Shown here: positions 1 to 13,600 of the stretch, in pieces
How the letters are laid out: every line of letters starts with the position of its first letter
Position numbering within the stretch: position 1 is the stretch's first letter
Assembly (NCBI GenBank): GCA_040954595.2
Contig: CM082582.2
Span: 11,652,415 to 11,716,414 of the forward strand
Reading direction: 5' to 3'
Source: Balanoglossus misakiensis
Taxonomy: Eukaryota; Animalia; Hemichordata
DNA length: 64,000 nucleotides
Position numbers and translations under genes: made by a program
Notes under the pieces: generated by a model
The model's database searches: none
Told to the model about the DNA's origin: nothing
The model's input: the letters and a program-made list of their open reading frames with translations, nothing else

Positions 1-1392
1 CATATACTAACATTGTAAATAAATCGTAATTAAGTTATGCTGAGAAAAAAATATCACATGTTTCCAATCTATATGTTCTGTATACTACTTTTCAGTATTG
101 GTGGCATCCAAAAATTTCCAAATCTAAGCGCTATCACAGCGGTTTTGAAACATTTCGACGCGTGCGTCAGTTCCTATAAACGACATGCAGAGTCGCGAAA
201 TATTCCGTCTCGGAAGGTCTGTCTTCAAGTTGACCAGATGCTTCGTTTCAAGTGGGTGGCTGGTACCATAAGTATTAAACCATTAGTAGTATCTGACACG
301 ATAGCGAAGCATGTCCATTGACCCCTGACCCCCCTTCATAAACAGCTTATTTGTATTATTTGGTACTCAGTGTTTTCCATCTCCGGAGAGAGGGCTGTTG
401 AAAGCATATCAGGATATGAGATTTCCCGGTGCCCGGAGTCAAGATGTTGTTTGACATGATATTGGGGTGTGGGGGGGGGGGTGCACGCGCTCTTTGGACG
501 GGTACTGATCTCCGCGCCACGGTCAGACCGTAGGCGAATGCCGCGGTGTGAGATTTACAGTGAACTGGAAAGTTCAGAGAGTCCTAAATGAAATGACACG
601 GGTCCCAGAATCGTGATGCACGTTTGCACTAAAGAAAGATTGAGACAGTCTATCATATCCAATGATCATTAAGAATTTTGCCCCCCACCCCCACCCTCCC
701 CTACCGCCATTTTAGATGGCTGATGCGCCCAATCCTCAGTGCAAACACACTATTATGTTCATGCTTATTTTGCGTGCATACATATACAGACTTCCTGGCG
801 AACCGAATCTTTTTCTTTTCTTTAATGAAAACAAACATCCCGAGCAGACATCAAATATTTGAGTTGAAACGAAGTGAAGTATCAACCGAGCTTCTAGTTT
901 GAGATGGCTTAGTGCACGCCCTCAGGACATGGTTTGAATTTCTGACCGACCGATTAAAAATGTACCGTTCGAATGCCATGAGCGATATAGGTGGCCTACA
1001 GTATAATACTGGCTATTCAGTCTCTAGTGGACATTGCTGATTTTACACATACTGAAAGGGTCACACATAACATGTGTGTTTGTTTTCAACCCTTTTCCGT
1101 GACTGTCCATTTAATTGTCTATTAATTCAATATTATTTGATTTATACTTCACCATCATGTCTGTTGTACATGTTAGTGTTACCTACACATGTTGTAGTGT
1201 ACCTGCAGTGTACGCCTACTTACAGAAATGATAATAAAATCCGAATATACCCTCTTTTCTATGGGGTGAGCAACTCAATTAGATGTTACAGTTGATATAG
1301 TTAATGAGGGGGGGGGGTAGAGATGAAAATGACAAGTCAAACATTGGAGATAGCTGCACTCATTAATCAAAACAAACAAACACACACGTACA

Positions 1393-1496
1393 CATACATA
1401 CATACATACATACATACATACATACATACATACATACATACATACATACATACATACATACATACATACATACATACATACATACATACATACATA
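1393..1496 (+). repeat. (CATA)26 tetranucleotide microsatellite
   Basis: Perfect CATA run of 104 bp, decaying into CAGA/CATA to about 1510. Confidence 0.97.
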
Positions 1497-4400
1497 CAGA
1501 CATACAGACATGACCTTCACCTGCGTTTTATTCTAACGACCAAATGTACGCGTGTCTGCGACTTTATAACACTGCGAAATTCTGCAGGCGCACTGTACAT
1601 TGTGCGTCACAGCTTTAGCGCCCTGGCAAGGCCCATGGGGATACGTCACAAAAGGCGGTAGCTAGCCACCTCTCGCGGGAATATTAGTCTGTGGGCCTAA
1701 AAGAAAGTGTGAGCGGACGGATAAGCAACAGCACAGGTTATTGGGTCTTTCGAACGGCAACAGCTTGAACGGCGTGATGTCTGTGGCCATTTGCTCATTT
1801 AACGAGTTCTAATATTTCAAACCATGCATTTTTTCGTCATTTTTGTTTTGCAAAATCGTTGTCGACATCACGGGGACATTTCGTAACTGCTAATCAATTT
1901 CGCGAATCACTTTCATGTTTTTTTTCTTGCAAGAACGAATATTTTATGCCCTATTCTAGCTGGTATGGCGAACCCCTAGCACCTCACAGATCCAGAAATG
2001 GCAAGTCTTTTCTACAAGACTCCCCGGTGACATTTTATAACTGTTCGCTTATTTCATTTTCCCCCAACTATTTTCAACCCCCCTATAGACTGAAAATGAA
2101 ATAATCTCACAATACGAACGTAATGAGCATTTGGTGTCGACAATGGGCGGTTAGAAAGTATGAAACAAGCGAGGCTTTCATTGGGAATAAAATGGGTGGT
2201 AACAACCCTCGGGAATAAAACAAACTGAATTGTCGCCTGTTCAGTAAAGGTCCAAACACATGCCCCCTGCATACGCCTGACGAAATTCTAGGTCTAGCTG
2301 AGTAACAGCTGAACGCGCTGTCGAATAGAGCCGTTGCATCACACGGTGGCACTTTGGGGACTTCGTCTGTGTGAATGCGTGCGCCATGCGTGCGCGCGCG
2401 TGCGTGAAGGGGGCATGTGTGAAAATATGTGTATCATTGTATCTCTACGCAAGCCGAGTTTTATCGTTTCCGGGTATATCTAAACATGGAAAACTTTCTG
2501 AGATAGAGATTGTGCCATAACTTTTACTTCAATGTACACCTATTTGAGCCTATTTTTGTGTTTATTATAGACATAACCTTTCGCACCGAAAGTTCAAAGT
2601 TCATGACTATAAGAGCATAGCTGTTGCGCCCAGTGTTACCGAAACCACAGCGAATACTGTTAAAATGTTTTTGAAAATCAAAGACATCATGATTTCTGTA
2701 TATGAACTCAAGGAGGGGGCGGGCGGAGAGAGCAGGAAGAGAGAGAGGTTTTGAAAGTTTATGAAGAACGTATCGGTGAGGCAGTGTCTAGTGATATTTC
2801 CTGATATTTTTTACTCGTCACATCTTGAAAAGTCAAGCTTGCTTTCCGCCTGTGGGAATCGCGAGATAAAATCTCCGCAGGTAAACCTATATGCTTGTGG
2901 CATATACCCCTCTCTCTCGCCCGCCTCGCACCCGTTGCCTTTCGGCAAATCGCGTTCTGTCACCGCGAGCCAAACAATCGCAGCCTCGGAAGGGGGTCGA
3001 TTTCGCTGCGTGTAACGTAATCGGCGCTACCTGGATGGTGAGGGCTATTCAACTCGGCGAATTTGCAAGTGATCGTTTTTTGCTTACATGCACACAAAAA
3101 AGAAACGACCTTTCATACGGGTAATCCATTACCTATGAAAACCTGTACCGATAAAGCGGCTCGGACTGAACTATAGGGGGAACGTTCTTATAAGTCCGGC
3201 TGCTGCTGCGTATGGACAGTCGACAATTGATATATGAAAATGAGCCCCCAACTCCAGTTATTGGAGTCGTACCTTTACAAGGGTGCCGTGTTGTTCATTT
3301 TGTGTTGACAATCGCCTGAGTAATTGTAGTATCATTCGACCTTCGTTTTCCTCTAAATCTGGCCCTTTGTTGCCACTCTGTGGAACTAATGCTATCACAT
3401 TTAGGGAGGCGGGACCGCGCTTCTGAGGTCGGTCACACTGAAACGCAACACCGGGGTCCGGCCACTGGATAAAAGACGATTCTGTCCACTGTTTACTTGA
3501 ATTGAGAAAGGTCATCGCAAGAAATGTTATCTCGTTACGGTCACTGTTCAAGTCTCTTTTCCACCCCCCCCACCATCCGACATTAGAGTGATTGTGAACA
3601 TCACTAGCATTGAGTGACTGAATGCAAATGTGAAAGTTAACGTTTCAAAGTGAATGTTCTTTTCCGAAGAAACGCAGATCCCAGAGTTGAAAAGGAAAGG
3701 GGAAAAAGGACAATATAATGAATACACACGTCTTTTGGTTCCAGCTCTCACGTTGTGTAACGCCGGAAAGAATCGGGAGAAAAAGACAAATTAGCATATT
3801 TTTCCAATTTGATTTACTGCGCCTGGGGCACTACCGCTCCGAGTTTCGGTTTAAAAGAAAAACGAAGGGAATAAAAGACTTTCTCCTAATTGTAAATCGT
3901 ACCACTTCTAACCAGATTCCGTGTTACGTAACGTTTTGTCTTTCAAAATTGATTCGTGTGATCTTTATTATCATAAATTTCGATAAAAAGAAGTTTAAAA
4001 ATTATTGTTTGTCTTTCCGACAAGGAAATTGGTGAAGAATAAAGGATGGATAGGTGGAAATCGATTTTTCGTTAACGATTATGGATCTGATTACTGCAAT
4101 TGGCCTTAGCGTTCAAAGTGCACGGTGCAGATAGTCTAGTACAAGTGACATCACCCCACCCGCCATTCTATTGTCAATTCGACTGTCCACGGACCCCCCT
4201 CCCATCCCGCGACCATGTAAACATAGAGATCGCAAGCTGCAATAGCCCGAGCACGTTTCGCTATAATAACAACTTGATTTATAAAACGACACGTCCTTTG
4301 TTTAACTTGAAATCCATTTGTTGGTAGAAGGTGTCGCGTAGATTCGAAGAAAAAATATTTTTTCCTGGACTTACTGTGGTGGTGATGGTGATGATGATTA

Positions 4401-6503
4401 TCATGATGATACATAAAGATAAACAAATAAAAGTTCCATTAATTGTATTGCACATAGGCTTTCCACACCCCACCCAGGTACCTTGATTTTGTTACTTTTT
4501 GTGCCTCTCAGCCTCCGGCAAGGACCTTCCAGACCACCCCACATTATTGTTTACCGAAGCTTTGTCATTCTGAAGAGGGATTTTCCTACTTTGGAGAGAT
4601 GAGTCTTTACAAGACCGCCTTTAAACCTTACGATACTTTCACCATAAACTTTGACACCGAAATGATACTGATGCTACCTTCTACGACACTGTGTCGATTT
4701 CTCCATGTTACCCCACCTAAAACGATTCACCAAAAATTATTTGTAAACAAGTGGGGTTCAAGAAAAAAACTTGGCGTGATCCCGCCGACGACGAGAAGGC
4801 GTGACCTTTCCACCTTTCAACAAAGGTGTTACAAGCAACAGAAGCAGGGTCCCTTTCCATCAAAACGATCAAAGATTTGATGAAAGCTGGAGATTATGCC
4901 CTTTACATCACGTCTTCCTGCTTGTTGAAAGAGCGTTTTCAGAATGGAATTATTGGCTACAGCAAAAGAAGGAGAAAATCAAAACCTTGGGTGTGATTCC
5001 CCTATTGTAGATGGTGGGGGCACCTTCCTGTATTTACTGAAAATCCTCTTTCATGAGTCAACTTAATTCTTTGATTGACGTACCATTGGCGATATTGTTA
5101 CAGTAACAATTAAAGTTATCGGGTACAATGTTGGGGACGGGGATGGAGGCGGTGTTCTGACCCAAATTAGACGATCTTGTAGGGGAAGGAGCTCTTGCAT
5201 AAATCGACCATCAGTTCCAGAGAAAGAGAACCGAGAGAGTACGACTGTTTGTATGTGTGTTTGGGAGGTCAATGATCTCAAAGTGAGCTCCTTAGGTATT
5301 TTCACCTGCGGAAAGCTTTTGGTTCATTATTCCTAAGCGAAACGAAGGACACGTGTATATGAACACAAAACTTGTTGCCCCGGGTATACTGGCCATATTA
5401 TAAACGATGCAGACAGAAGAGATTTCTGCCCATGCTAACACATGTCTTTCTTCGATGATTAATCCATTTTTAAAACTAAACATGTCCCTGTAATAAAGTA
5501 TAGAGGACTCTAATGCACACGAATCAGTCGACAAAATGACTGGGAAGCTACCTGCTTAAATTTGAACTTGGTTTCATAGCTTTGTTCGCTGCTCTGACAT
5601 TTCATTTTAATGTCGGACCGCTGTGTTGTGCTCAAGAATGCCGCGTTCTGGGCAACATATATGTTTAGGATGACAAATACCATCCTTGTAGCGTTGTTGC
5701 CCCAGGCAACTGCGATCCGCACGCTCTCACGCTAGCTTCGAAGTGGTGAACTACCACTGGTTAGGTCTACATATTGAAATTGTCCAGAATCATGATAGTG
5801 GAAATAAAATGGCATCTGCGATGTCAGCGAGCATTATGGACACGATATGTCGGATGATATTATCCCTTAAAGGCCGGTTTAAAGGTCAAATATTTTCAAC
5901 GATTATAGTTGACTAATTTTTGACAGCACTGCGGACATCACAAGCTAGTCCAGGGTTGTATTTTATGAATGGCTTTAGGACAAATTTCTGGAGAAATATT
6001 TGAGGAGGAAACAAGCCATAATTCCTCGCACGGCCATAGGTTACGAAAGTCCACTTGTGGTGAAATCCCTGCTTAGTTAACCCTCTACTAACATTCCCTG
6101 TGCCTCTACCTATGCCAAATGTTGACCGCTTTTGCTGATCCTTTTTACGTCAAGAGAAGTCGTGATCGACCAGCTAGCAGTTGGTCGGTATATTCACCAC
6201 TCCAGTAATTTTATCTGCTCTGCCGTCAGCATCAATAGAAATGAGAGATCTCAAGATGTAACAGAGACATATCAGTCAACGCCCGGGCGAATGATCACTT
6301 TTTATCTATTAATTTTATCGACACGGGGAGACTTAGCCCCCGATCGCGCCTCGAGCTAATCAATGGCGAGAGTGTATTACAGCAGGGTCCCGCCGAAATT
6401 CTCAGAGACAAGCGACATGATTGGTGCGCCTGGCCAAGCAGCGAAAACGAACAAACTGCGTTGGCACTGAGGTCGGCCTATTAAACATAATTGTTCGCGC
6501 CTT

Positions 6504-6520
6504 CCCCCCCCCCCCCCCCC
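6504..6520 (+). repeat. Poly-C homopolymer (17 nt), the longest of several G/C runs
   Basis: Read directly. Other runs of 10 nt or more: 471-481, 1308-1317, 27879-27892, 33809-33823, 40802-40814, 41478-41490, 44031-44042. Confidence 0.9.
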
Positions 6521-9500
6521 ACCATCCACGATGACATTGCCGTCGAACAGATGGTGGCAGGGGACGCCGTCCTCCTCGGCTTATCGTCCACTTTATCGGT
6601 GACAATCTTAATTCCGAGCGGAATCCCCGCCGTTTTGTATATACCTATAATGAGAAAGATAATCTGGTGTATTGCGTGGAAAGATGTACCTCGTGCAATG
6701 TTGCCTGCCAGCCATGTACCTTCCCCACTGTTCAATATGTCGGATTTTTTTTTTGTCCAGGGGCATGCCACCGTATGGCTGAAAAACATTCCAATGGGCA
6801 ACATTCCGTGCCGTTCGATTTCACTAGTGAGCTTCACTTTTGTTTTAATTGCCTGCGATCTCCTTTAGAAAAAAATCTAACAAACTTATCATGCGTTTCT
6901 TTTAAGTGCGTTTTAACACATAATTTCTTTTTTTGTCAAGGGAACTGCAATCCCCTCCCCTAAATGGGCAATAAATTGAGGTTTCGCCTTCATGCGTTAA
7001 TTGGGTGTTAATTAGCTATCTCGCGAGTTGATAAGGGAAGATTGCGCAGCTCACGCGGCGGCGTATGGCTAACGACACCAACTAAACCGTGTTTGTTTTC
7101 TTGAACTAAGACAATTGCCAAGTAGGTGTCAAAAAGACTTCCGCTTGACAACAGCCGCGAATGGGTTTATCAGCACGCTGGGGGATGATGCTCAGGTGTT
7201 ATATAAACTATTCAATTATTGAGATAACAATCTCTTCGAACAGGAAGTGATCCACCTTGTCGATGTCGTCATACAAAAAGACAAGTGTTTCATATCCTAC
7301 CACGGTCACTTCACATACCGCCTATCCGTTTCTTGGTAACAAGGGTATTTTTACCACACGTTACCACAGCCATTATCACAATTCCATTGTACTCTTTCTA
7401 ACACAGGATGCGCGCCTTATGTTTTACTTCTGATACCGCGTCCAGTGGTCGCCTTCGGGGAAAGTTTTAGTAGGGACTAAATAGTGGTTGGAGAAAAAAC
7501 AAAGCTTGCAAGTGCCTTGAAAATAAAATATTTTAACAGTGGGTATTTTTTTCCTTCCAAACCCACTATGTGACAGGATAGGAACAAAGTGATTCAAAGA
7601 CACACAGACCAAACTATTTTAAAAGTTTGCGCGACTGCGTAGTTTCATCCAAATGTTTTGGTCTGGTAGCCTTGATTTGTGCGAATCCGAGCCATCCGCA
7701 ATGTTGCAGACACGGCTTGGGAATACAAGTCTTCGGCAAAAAATGTCCGCGCTTTCACAGTCAATTTCGGTTATGTTTTTCAGGCACGGACAAGGAGGAC
7801 GGGGAGAGGGGGGAAAAGTTGAGGAATTTCTGTTGGCTGTGAGTGATAGGTATTATGGTGGTCTAAATGGAGTATCATTCGGGCGCCAGCTGGTCTTGGA
7901 ATACCTCATCCCGTGCTCGTTTTCTCGCTCCACAGTAACCCTACGGTCACTCCAGAGGGGGCTTACGGAATCAAAACACAGCGTTTCGGCATGAGGCTAT
8001 CTGCATCACGTCATTGCCGCTCTAAAAGCCTCATTTTTTGTCTTTCGCTCACGCTGCATGATACACGGAGTGATCGGGGATACGCAAATAAATATTGCTA
8101 GCTGTGGAGATGTTTTATGGAGAAATATACTTTTACTGCCAAGCGGCGGTCGCGTTGGTTCGGCCATGGTTCGGCCTGCCGTCTCTTTCATTCATAAAAA
8201 AACACAACGCGACCGGCGGTCGGTAATTACGCCTTACAAGTACCCAATGAATGTAACATTGGTCTGAAAGTGACATATACACGCCGGCGATGCAATGTTA
8301 CCTCCATTGTGGTCTGGAATCCGTTGCTCATTTCATGTCCGTCTAACCCACTCAAGAATTTTGTGCAGACGTTCTACCACGGCGGACAATCGAAACAGAT
8401 TTTATGACCACGTTTTTATTTTCTTTGTACGTCCACGGGCTACATATTAGCCTACCGTTTGAGGGTAAATACTTAGAAAATCAGCGAGAAGTTTGCAACG
8501 GCACGAAAAAAGTGGGGCGGGGTCAATTATCGGCGTGGTCCGGCAGCAAAACTGACGCGAGGATTGTATTTGAGTGTAATTAATATGTGAACGAATCTTT
8601 AATTTTTAAATTGTAAGACGTTTATTTGTCGTGTGGCAACATTGACAGAATTCAAATTGGTCGATCGTGGCTTTCAAAGTAAATAATTGCTTCGTGTGGT
8701 TTGTGGATGGACTCGACTTTTAAATGACTGACTCTGCCTTATTCTTCATTAAAACGCGCCGCTTTTTTTTCTGGAAACGGGAGACCGGGTCAGCCAGCGT
8801 TCACCCCAAACCAAATTAGAGGCAACCTGGCGGTCTTACAGTGAGACTGGGGTAACATTAGACTGTCGACAGGGTCTCATTATATGGATGAGGCGGGGGG
8901 ACACCTCCGAAATAATTGGCCGAAAACGGGAGGGGGACCGAGGCAGACCGGGACAAATCCCAGCGAGACAGAGATAAGTGGCCAGCACATGGGTGATAAT
9001 TGCGAGAACAGTACACAACCAATCCTTGGCAGTGTCTACCTGTTGAACACGTATCCCCAAGGGGCCTTTTCAACACGTGAAAGCTTCTTCATACATACTA
9101 AATAGATTCTTTTGGCATTTGATTGTAGGCACAGGGAAAGTTAATTAACACAAAAGCTTACATGAAAAGCCGTCTTAAAGCAACACACAGAGATTGTATA
9201 AATCTTCTTTGCACCCAACATCAAGCGCCCCGGGCGAGGATCCGCGCGGTAGCTTTTTTTTCCTTTTTCGACTGGGCCCAACAAGAAGTTGTGTACATAC
9301 ACAAGCTAGTGCTAGTCATTCGACTGGTTAATGACGCCTGAAATAGATCAGTGAAACTGGAGCACGGCCCTTTATGCGCTTCGGTGCAGGTGCAGGAAAC
9401 CTAAAACCTTGTAAGTCATAGTAGTTGGGCTGGGACGTCACTCACTCGGGCAATGCTTCCCCTATCACATTCATCCCACTAAACACGACCAACCCCGCAC

Positions 9501-10509
9501 AAACAAACATGCAATTGTAGGCCTCAAGAAGCCGATTCGACTCGATAAAATCCGCCTGTCATACGCGTCCGTGTGTATGCACACGACGTCGACTCGGGCA
9601 AGTATCTCGTCTAAGCTGATCGAAATTGACGCGGGGCTGGTAACAACGGATACCCAATTCTGTTTATTCAACACGAGCTTACAGTGGCCACAGATAACAT
9701 GTTACCATTGAGAACTCTCAATAACGGTTGTGTGCTCGACGAACGTGTATGTTTGTTAAGCCAAGTAAAGGAACACGCCACTGTATATAAAGTAATGGTT
9801 CGGTATTAGCACAGTGCGTAAAAAAAACGGGCCTTGTCGGATGAACTCGAAAAAAAGGGAAACCTCGCTAGTCTGATCTTAAAAGTTACATCACGATCGA
9901 CATCCCTTGTCTCTTGGCTGGTGTTATTTGACTAGGATGTGATAAGCCCCTGTTCTCACTTAATAGAGTCTACCCGTTGACGTTTAATGCGACCCAGCTG
10001 GTCTTGAGGAAGTGGCCCAGCTCCTGTGTTATTGAACAAAGACTTGTCCGACATCGCGTGAAAAAGGAAGGAAACTTACCGAGGGATGCCGACCTCGTCT
10101 CTGCAAGTTTTTTCCCTCGAGTGCGCATGGGCCAATTTGAGCGTCTCGGCAAACTTTGCGAATAGGGTGACTCTGTAAAGAAACAACGTTTATGTTAGCT
10201 TGGATATTTAGAGTCGAGTGTTTGTACTGTGAGCGTGAAGTGGACTATTACACAAAATCTCTTGTGGAAAATCCCTTTATTCACTCTAAGAATGACAATA
10301 ATCTCCCGGTGAATGTACAGACGCTGGTGCACACAACTAACGCTTGGACATAGCGGGGTTTTATTTTGCGCCTTCAGTTTTGGGCTGACCAATTACAATT
10401 TGTTAACTCTGGTGTTGAAATGAACGAAATCACCAATTAATTTATTTGATTGTCAGTCCTCACTGACAGGCACATCTTTATAACCGTAAACTATGTGTGT
10501 GGGCACCCC

Positions 10510-10615
10510 AGTATGGGTGGCCAATTGACACCACCGCTGATTGGCCCAGACGGGAAAGGGGCGGAGCGTCACCACCGTATAAGGCGCGATCTCGTAACAA
10601 CAATTGGGATAGTTT
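10510..10615 (+). promoter_or_regulatory. Putative FoxC proximal/core promoter
   Basis: Ordered motifs: Gli-like TGGGTGGCC 10514-10522, CCAAT 10521-10525, inverted CCAAT (CTGATTGG) 10537-10544, GC box GGGGCGGAG 10558-10566, TATA-like TATAAGG 10578-10584, and Inr-like ATAGTT about 30 bp further on; all 120-230 bp upstream of the ATG. Confidence 0.6.
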
Positions 10616-10736
10616 ATGTTGACGATTTGTCATGATCAGAAATATTGTAGGGACCTCTCTGCGCATATCTCTTTCTACTCCACACTGCACACATCAATAA
10701 GATCACCAGTCGATAGCTTCGCACGCCGTGTAAACC

Positions 10737-12167
10737 ATGCAGCCGAGGTACACAACGACCCACGCCTCCAACCCCGGGAGCCTGGGAGTCATGCATCCGA
10801 TGTTCACGGAACAGAACTACTACAGACACGCCGGCTACTCGGGAATGCCCATGACAATGTACGGGCACGACCAGTACGGGACCATGGGCAGGCCGTACGC
10901 TCCCTACACAGCGCCACACCACACGCCGAAGGACATGGTCAAACCGCCGTACTCCTACATAGCACTGATTGCCATGGCCATCCAAAATGCCCCGGAAAAG
11001 AAGACCACACTGAACGGTATTTACCAGTTTATCATGGACCGTTTCCCTTTCTATCGTGAGAACAAACAAGGCTGGCAAAACTCAATCCGCCACAATCTCT
11101 CTCTGAATGACTGTTTTGTGAAAGTGCCACGGGACGATAAGAAACCGGGCAAGGGTAGCTACTGGTCGCTTGATCCTGATAGCTACAATATGTTCGATAA
11201 TGGGAGCTACTTGCGACGTCGTAAACGGTTCAAGAAAGCGGACGCGTTAAAAGAGAAAGACGACGTCGTTCCCCGTAGACAACAGGATCAGCCATCACAC
11301 TATCAACAACAACAAAACGGTCAGGAGCAAGATGGCGCGGCGGCCAATGAAACGAGGGGCAATACTCCAACTTCGACGAATGCTCAGAACGTGTCCCCGC
11401 CTCTCCCGGCGACAAAGACGGCCGATGCACGAATCACCCACATAACGCCGAAAGTCGAGCCCTGCGAAAGCAACGGACCGATTCTGAGAGAACCCTCGAC
11501 GTCGAGCAGCAGGCATCTGTCGTCGTGCGACGATGCAATGGAGCCTACCCAACCGTCCGCCAACTTCAGCGTGGAGAACATTATGACTCCTCTGCGAGAG
11601 TCCCCAAACTGTGGCAATAACGAACTGAATTTGAGTTCAAGTGCGGCTGTGATATCCTCCAGGCCAGCCCAGTTGATCTCGCCACAGCCGTTGAGCTACA
11701 CGCAGCCGCAAAGTTACCGAAGTGGCGCCGTTTGCGCGCAGACCAGCAACGGCGACGTCTCCGCCGCCGTCAATTACCACTGCAGTTCCCAGAGTGTGTA
11801 CGAGGAGAGCGGCAAACACATGAGCATCGCCCCAACCCCCGACGAACTCCACCACGAGCACGCACTGCAGCGGCACAGCCCGTCTCAGCCGCACACCTCT
11901 CCCAGTCAGCAGTCACTGCTGCACCGGGCCAACTCGTGGTACCACCAGGCCGACGTGACGGCGGCGCCCATCCACACAACTCAGGCTACGTCCAACTTTC
12001 CAATCGTGCGAGAAATGTTCGAATCGCAGCGACTCGTCTCGTCCAACGCCGCCGCCGTGGCCCAGTCACCGACGAATCCCAGCTGTATGGCGTACAGGAG
12101 CGCACCGATTCCCTACCCTGTGTCAGCGTCGACGTACCACGCCTATGCGGACTGCAACAAGTTTTAA
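10737..12167 (+). CDS. FoxC: Forkhead box C transcription factor, intronless, 476 aa
   Basis: Forkhead domain [102 protein letters not shown] is nearly identical to FOXC1/2. FoxC-type motifs outside the domain: N-terminal MQPRY and EQNYYR, EH1 [17 protein letters not shown]-terminal YADCNKF. Good ATG context (aaccATGc). Confidence 0.97.
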   Translation: MQPRYTTTHASNPGSLGVMHPMFTEQNYYRHAGYSGMPMTMYGHDQYGTMGRPYAPYTAPHHTPKDMVKPPYSYIALIAMAIQNAPEKKTTLNGIYQFIMDRFPFYRENKQGWQNSIRHNLSLNDCFVKVPRDDKKPGKGSYWSLDPDSYNMFDNGSYLRRRKRFKKADALKEKDDVVPRRQQDQPSHYQQQQNGQEQDGAAANETRGNTPTSTNAQNVSPPLPATKTADARITHITPKVEPCESNGPILREPSTSSSRHLSSCDDAMEPTQPSANFSVENIMTPLRESPNCGNNELNLSSSAAVISSRPAQLISPQPLSYTQPQSYRSGAVCAQTSNGDVSAAVNYHCSSQSVYEESGKHMSIAPTPDELHHEHALQRHSPSQPHTSPSQQSLLHRANSWYHQADVTAAPIHTTQATSNFPIVREMFESQRLVSSNAAAVAQSPTNPSCMAYRSAPIPYPVSASTYHAYADCNKF

Positions 12168-13594
12168 AGTCCACGGACGTGAAAACACCAGAAAAACAGA
12201 CTGTGGGCGAAAGTGGGTAAACGAACTCAAATACCCTCATCAGAAACCACGCAGAAAGAACACGGTAAAGTCTCCTTTCTCTTCACCGATTGTGCACACA
12301 AAGAAATTGCGACTCGACAGGTTTTCAGTCATCAAAATTTATAAGGACAATTTGTAAACTCCAATTTTCTGATTGATTTCTCCCAGATAAATACCGCTCG
12401 GTACTCACACGTTCGGTCTTCCCGAGTGTAAAATGTGTATCGATTTCGTGGGTATATATGGTAAGCTGGTTTCGCTCGGTGTTTTTTTTTCTTGAGCAGC
12501 CCTGTCGATTGACAGTATGTGAACAAACAGACACGGTTAGTCGACTCCAAGGTGTGCTTCTAAGGCCTGTATAGCTTCGCCATGCTTTCTATGTGGTGTA
12601 ATTCAGTACAGGGCAGTAATTAAAATCACATGTGAAAGGTTATCTTTGAGGTACTTGGAAGATCTGGTTCACCTTGCCATAGACAATGCTTGGACATTAT
12701 CGATCCGAACAAATCCGAAACATACGTTGACTATAACACCATGGGTGGAAATTAGGAAACGTAAAACCATTTCGAAACTACCAAATATTGCAACTTTCTG
12801 TTGATATTTTTTCGGGCACAATATCTCAGGTTTTATAATTTAAAAAAGAAGTAATTCAACTCTCTCTTTTTTAACTCTGTCAAGCGAGGCCCGTATAGCA
12901 TGTACAGGTAGAGTCCCACTGTTTGTTCAACTATTTTGAAGAGTTATAATAGAAAAGCACATGTTTGTGCTTCTATGAAACTTTGATGATATCTCTAACA
13001 AGGGATTTTTGTAAAACAGACAACTCCAAGTTTGACCTTTTAGAAAGAGACAACTCGAACTGTACGAACATTTTTTTCATTGAACTGGGAGTCCAGTTCT
13101 GGAAGCAAAACTGAAGGGAAAAGTGACTCCACTTGTAAGTCCAGTGAGTACGTTTCGTAGCACTATTTTGTTTGTAGTAGCCGTTACCGCAAAGTTGAAA
13201 CAATCTTTATTTAGACAATCAGTAAATACGTTTACTAGAAGAAAGCAAACAGGGTTCTAATTTATTGCGAAAATATCTATTATTTTTTCAAAGGAGGGGG
13301 AAGGTTGTGGGCGATTTAAAAACACTGTATTTTTTTTCAAGTAGTGGCGAGATAAGGCAAGTAGTTAATTTATTAGGCATATTCGAGCCCAGTGAAAACA
13401 TATACAGTTGGTCGTTTATTGTGTTTTTTGGAACGTTACTCCGACCAAAGAAAACACACACCGGGCTTTTTAGTCTCGTTATAGTGTCCTGCAAGATCAA
13501 CACTCGCCAGTGAACCATTGCTGAGGCTAATCTTCCAGAGATGCCCTGTTGTAATGATTTATCAGTTGCCCAAATTTTTCCTGTTCGTTGGTAC

Positions 13595-13600
13595 AATAAA
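13595..13600 (+). terminator. Candidate FoxC polyadenylation signal
   Basis: First canonical AATAAA I found after the FoxC stop, followed by a T/GT-rich tract (tttgtttcgtttg, 13611 onward). Implies a ~1.4 kb 3' UTR. An ATTAAA variant also occurs at 12619. Confidence 0.45.

Noticed and set aside
1275-1661. ORFs with (YVCM)n and (YIHT)n repeats
   Set aside because: Translations of the (CATA)n microsatellite.
4151-4473. Poly-His ORF on the minus strand
   Set aside because: Product of a short (GAT/GGT)n trinucleotide tract; no domain or splice support.
10614-12240. Antisense and alternate-frame ORFs over FoxC, and similar ones over FoxL1 (36662-38214)
   Set aside because: Shadow ORFs expected in GC-rich coding sequence; no recognisable protein features.
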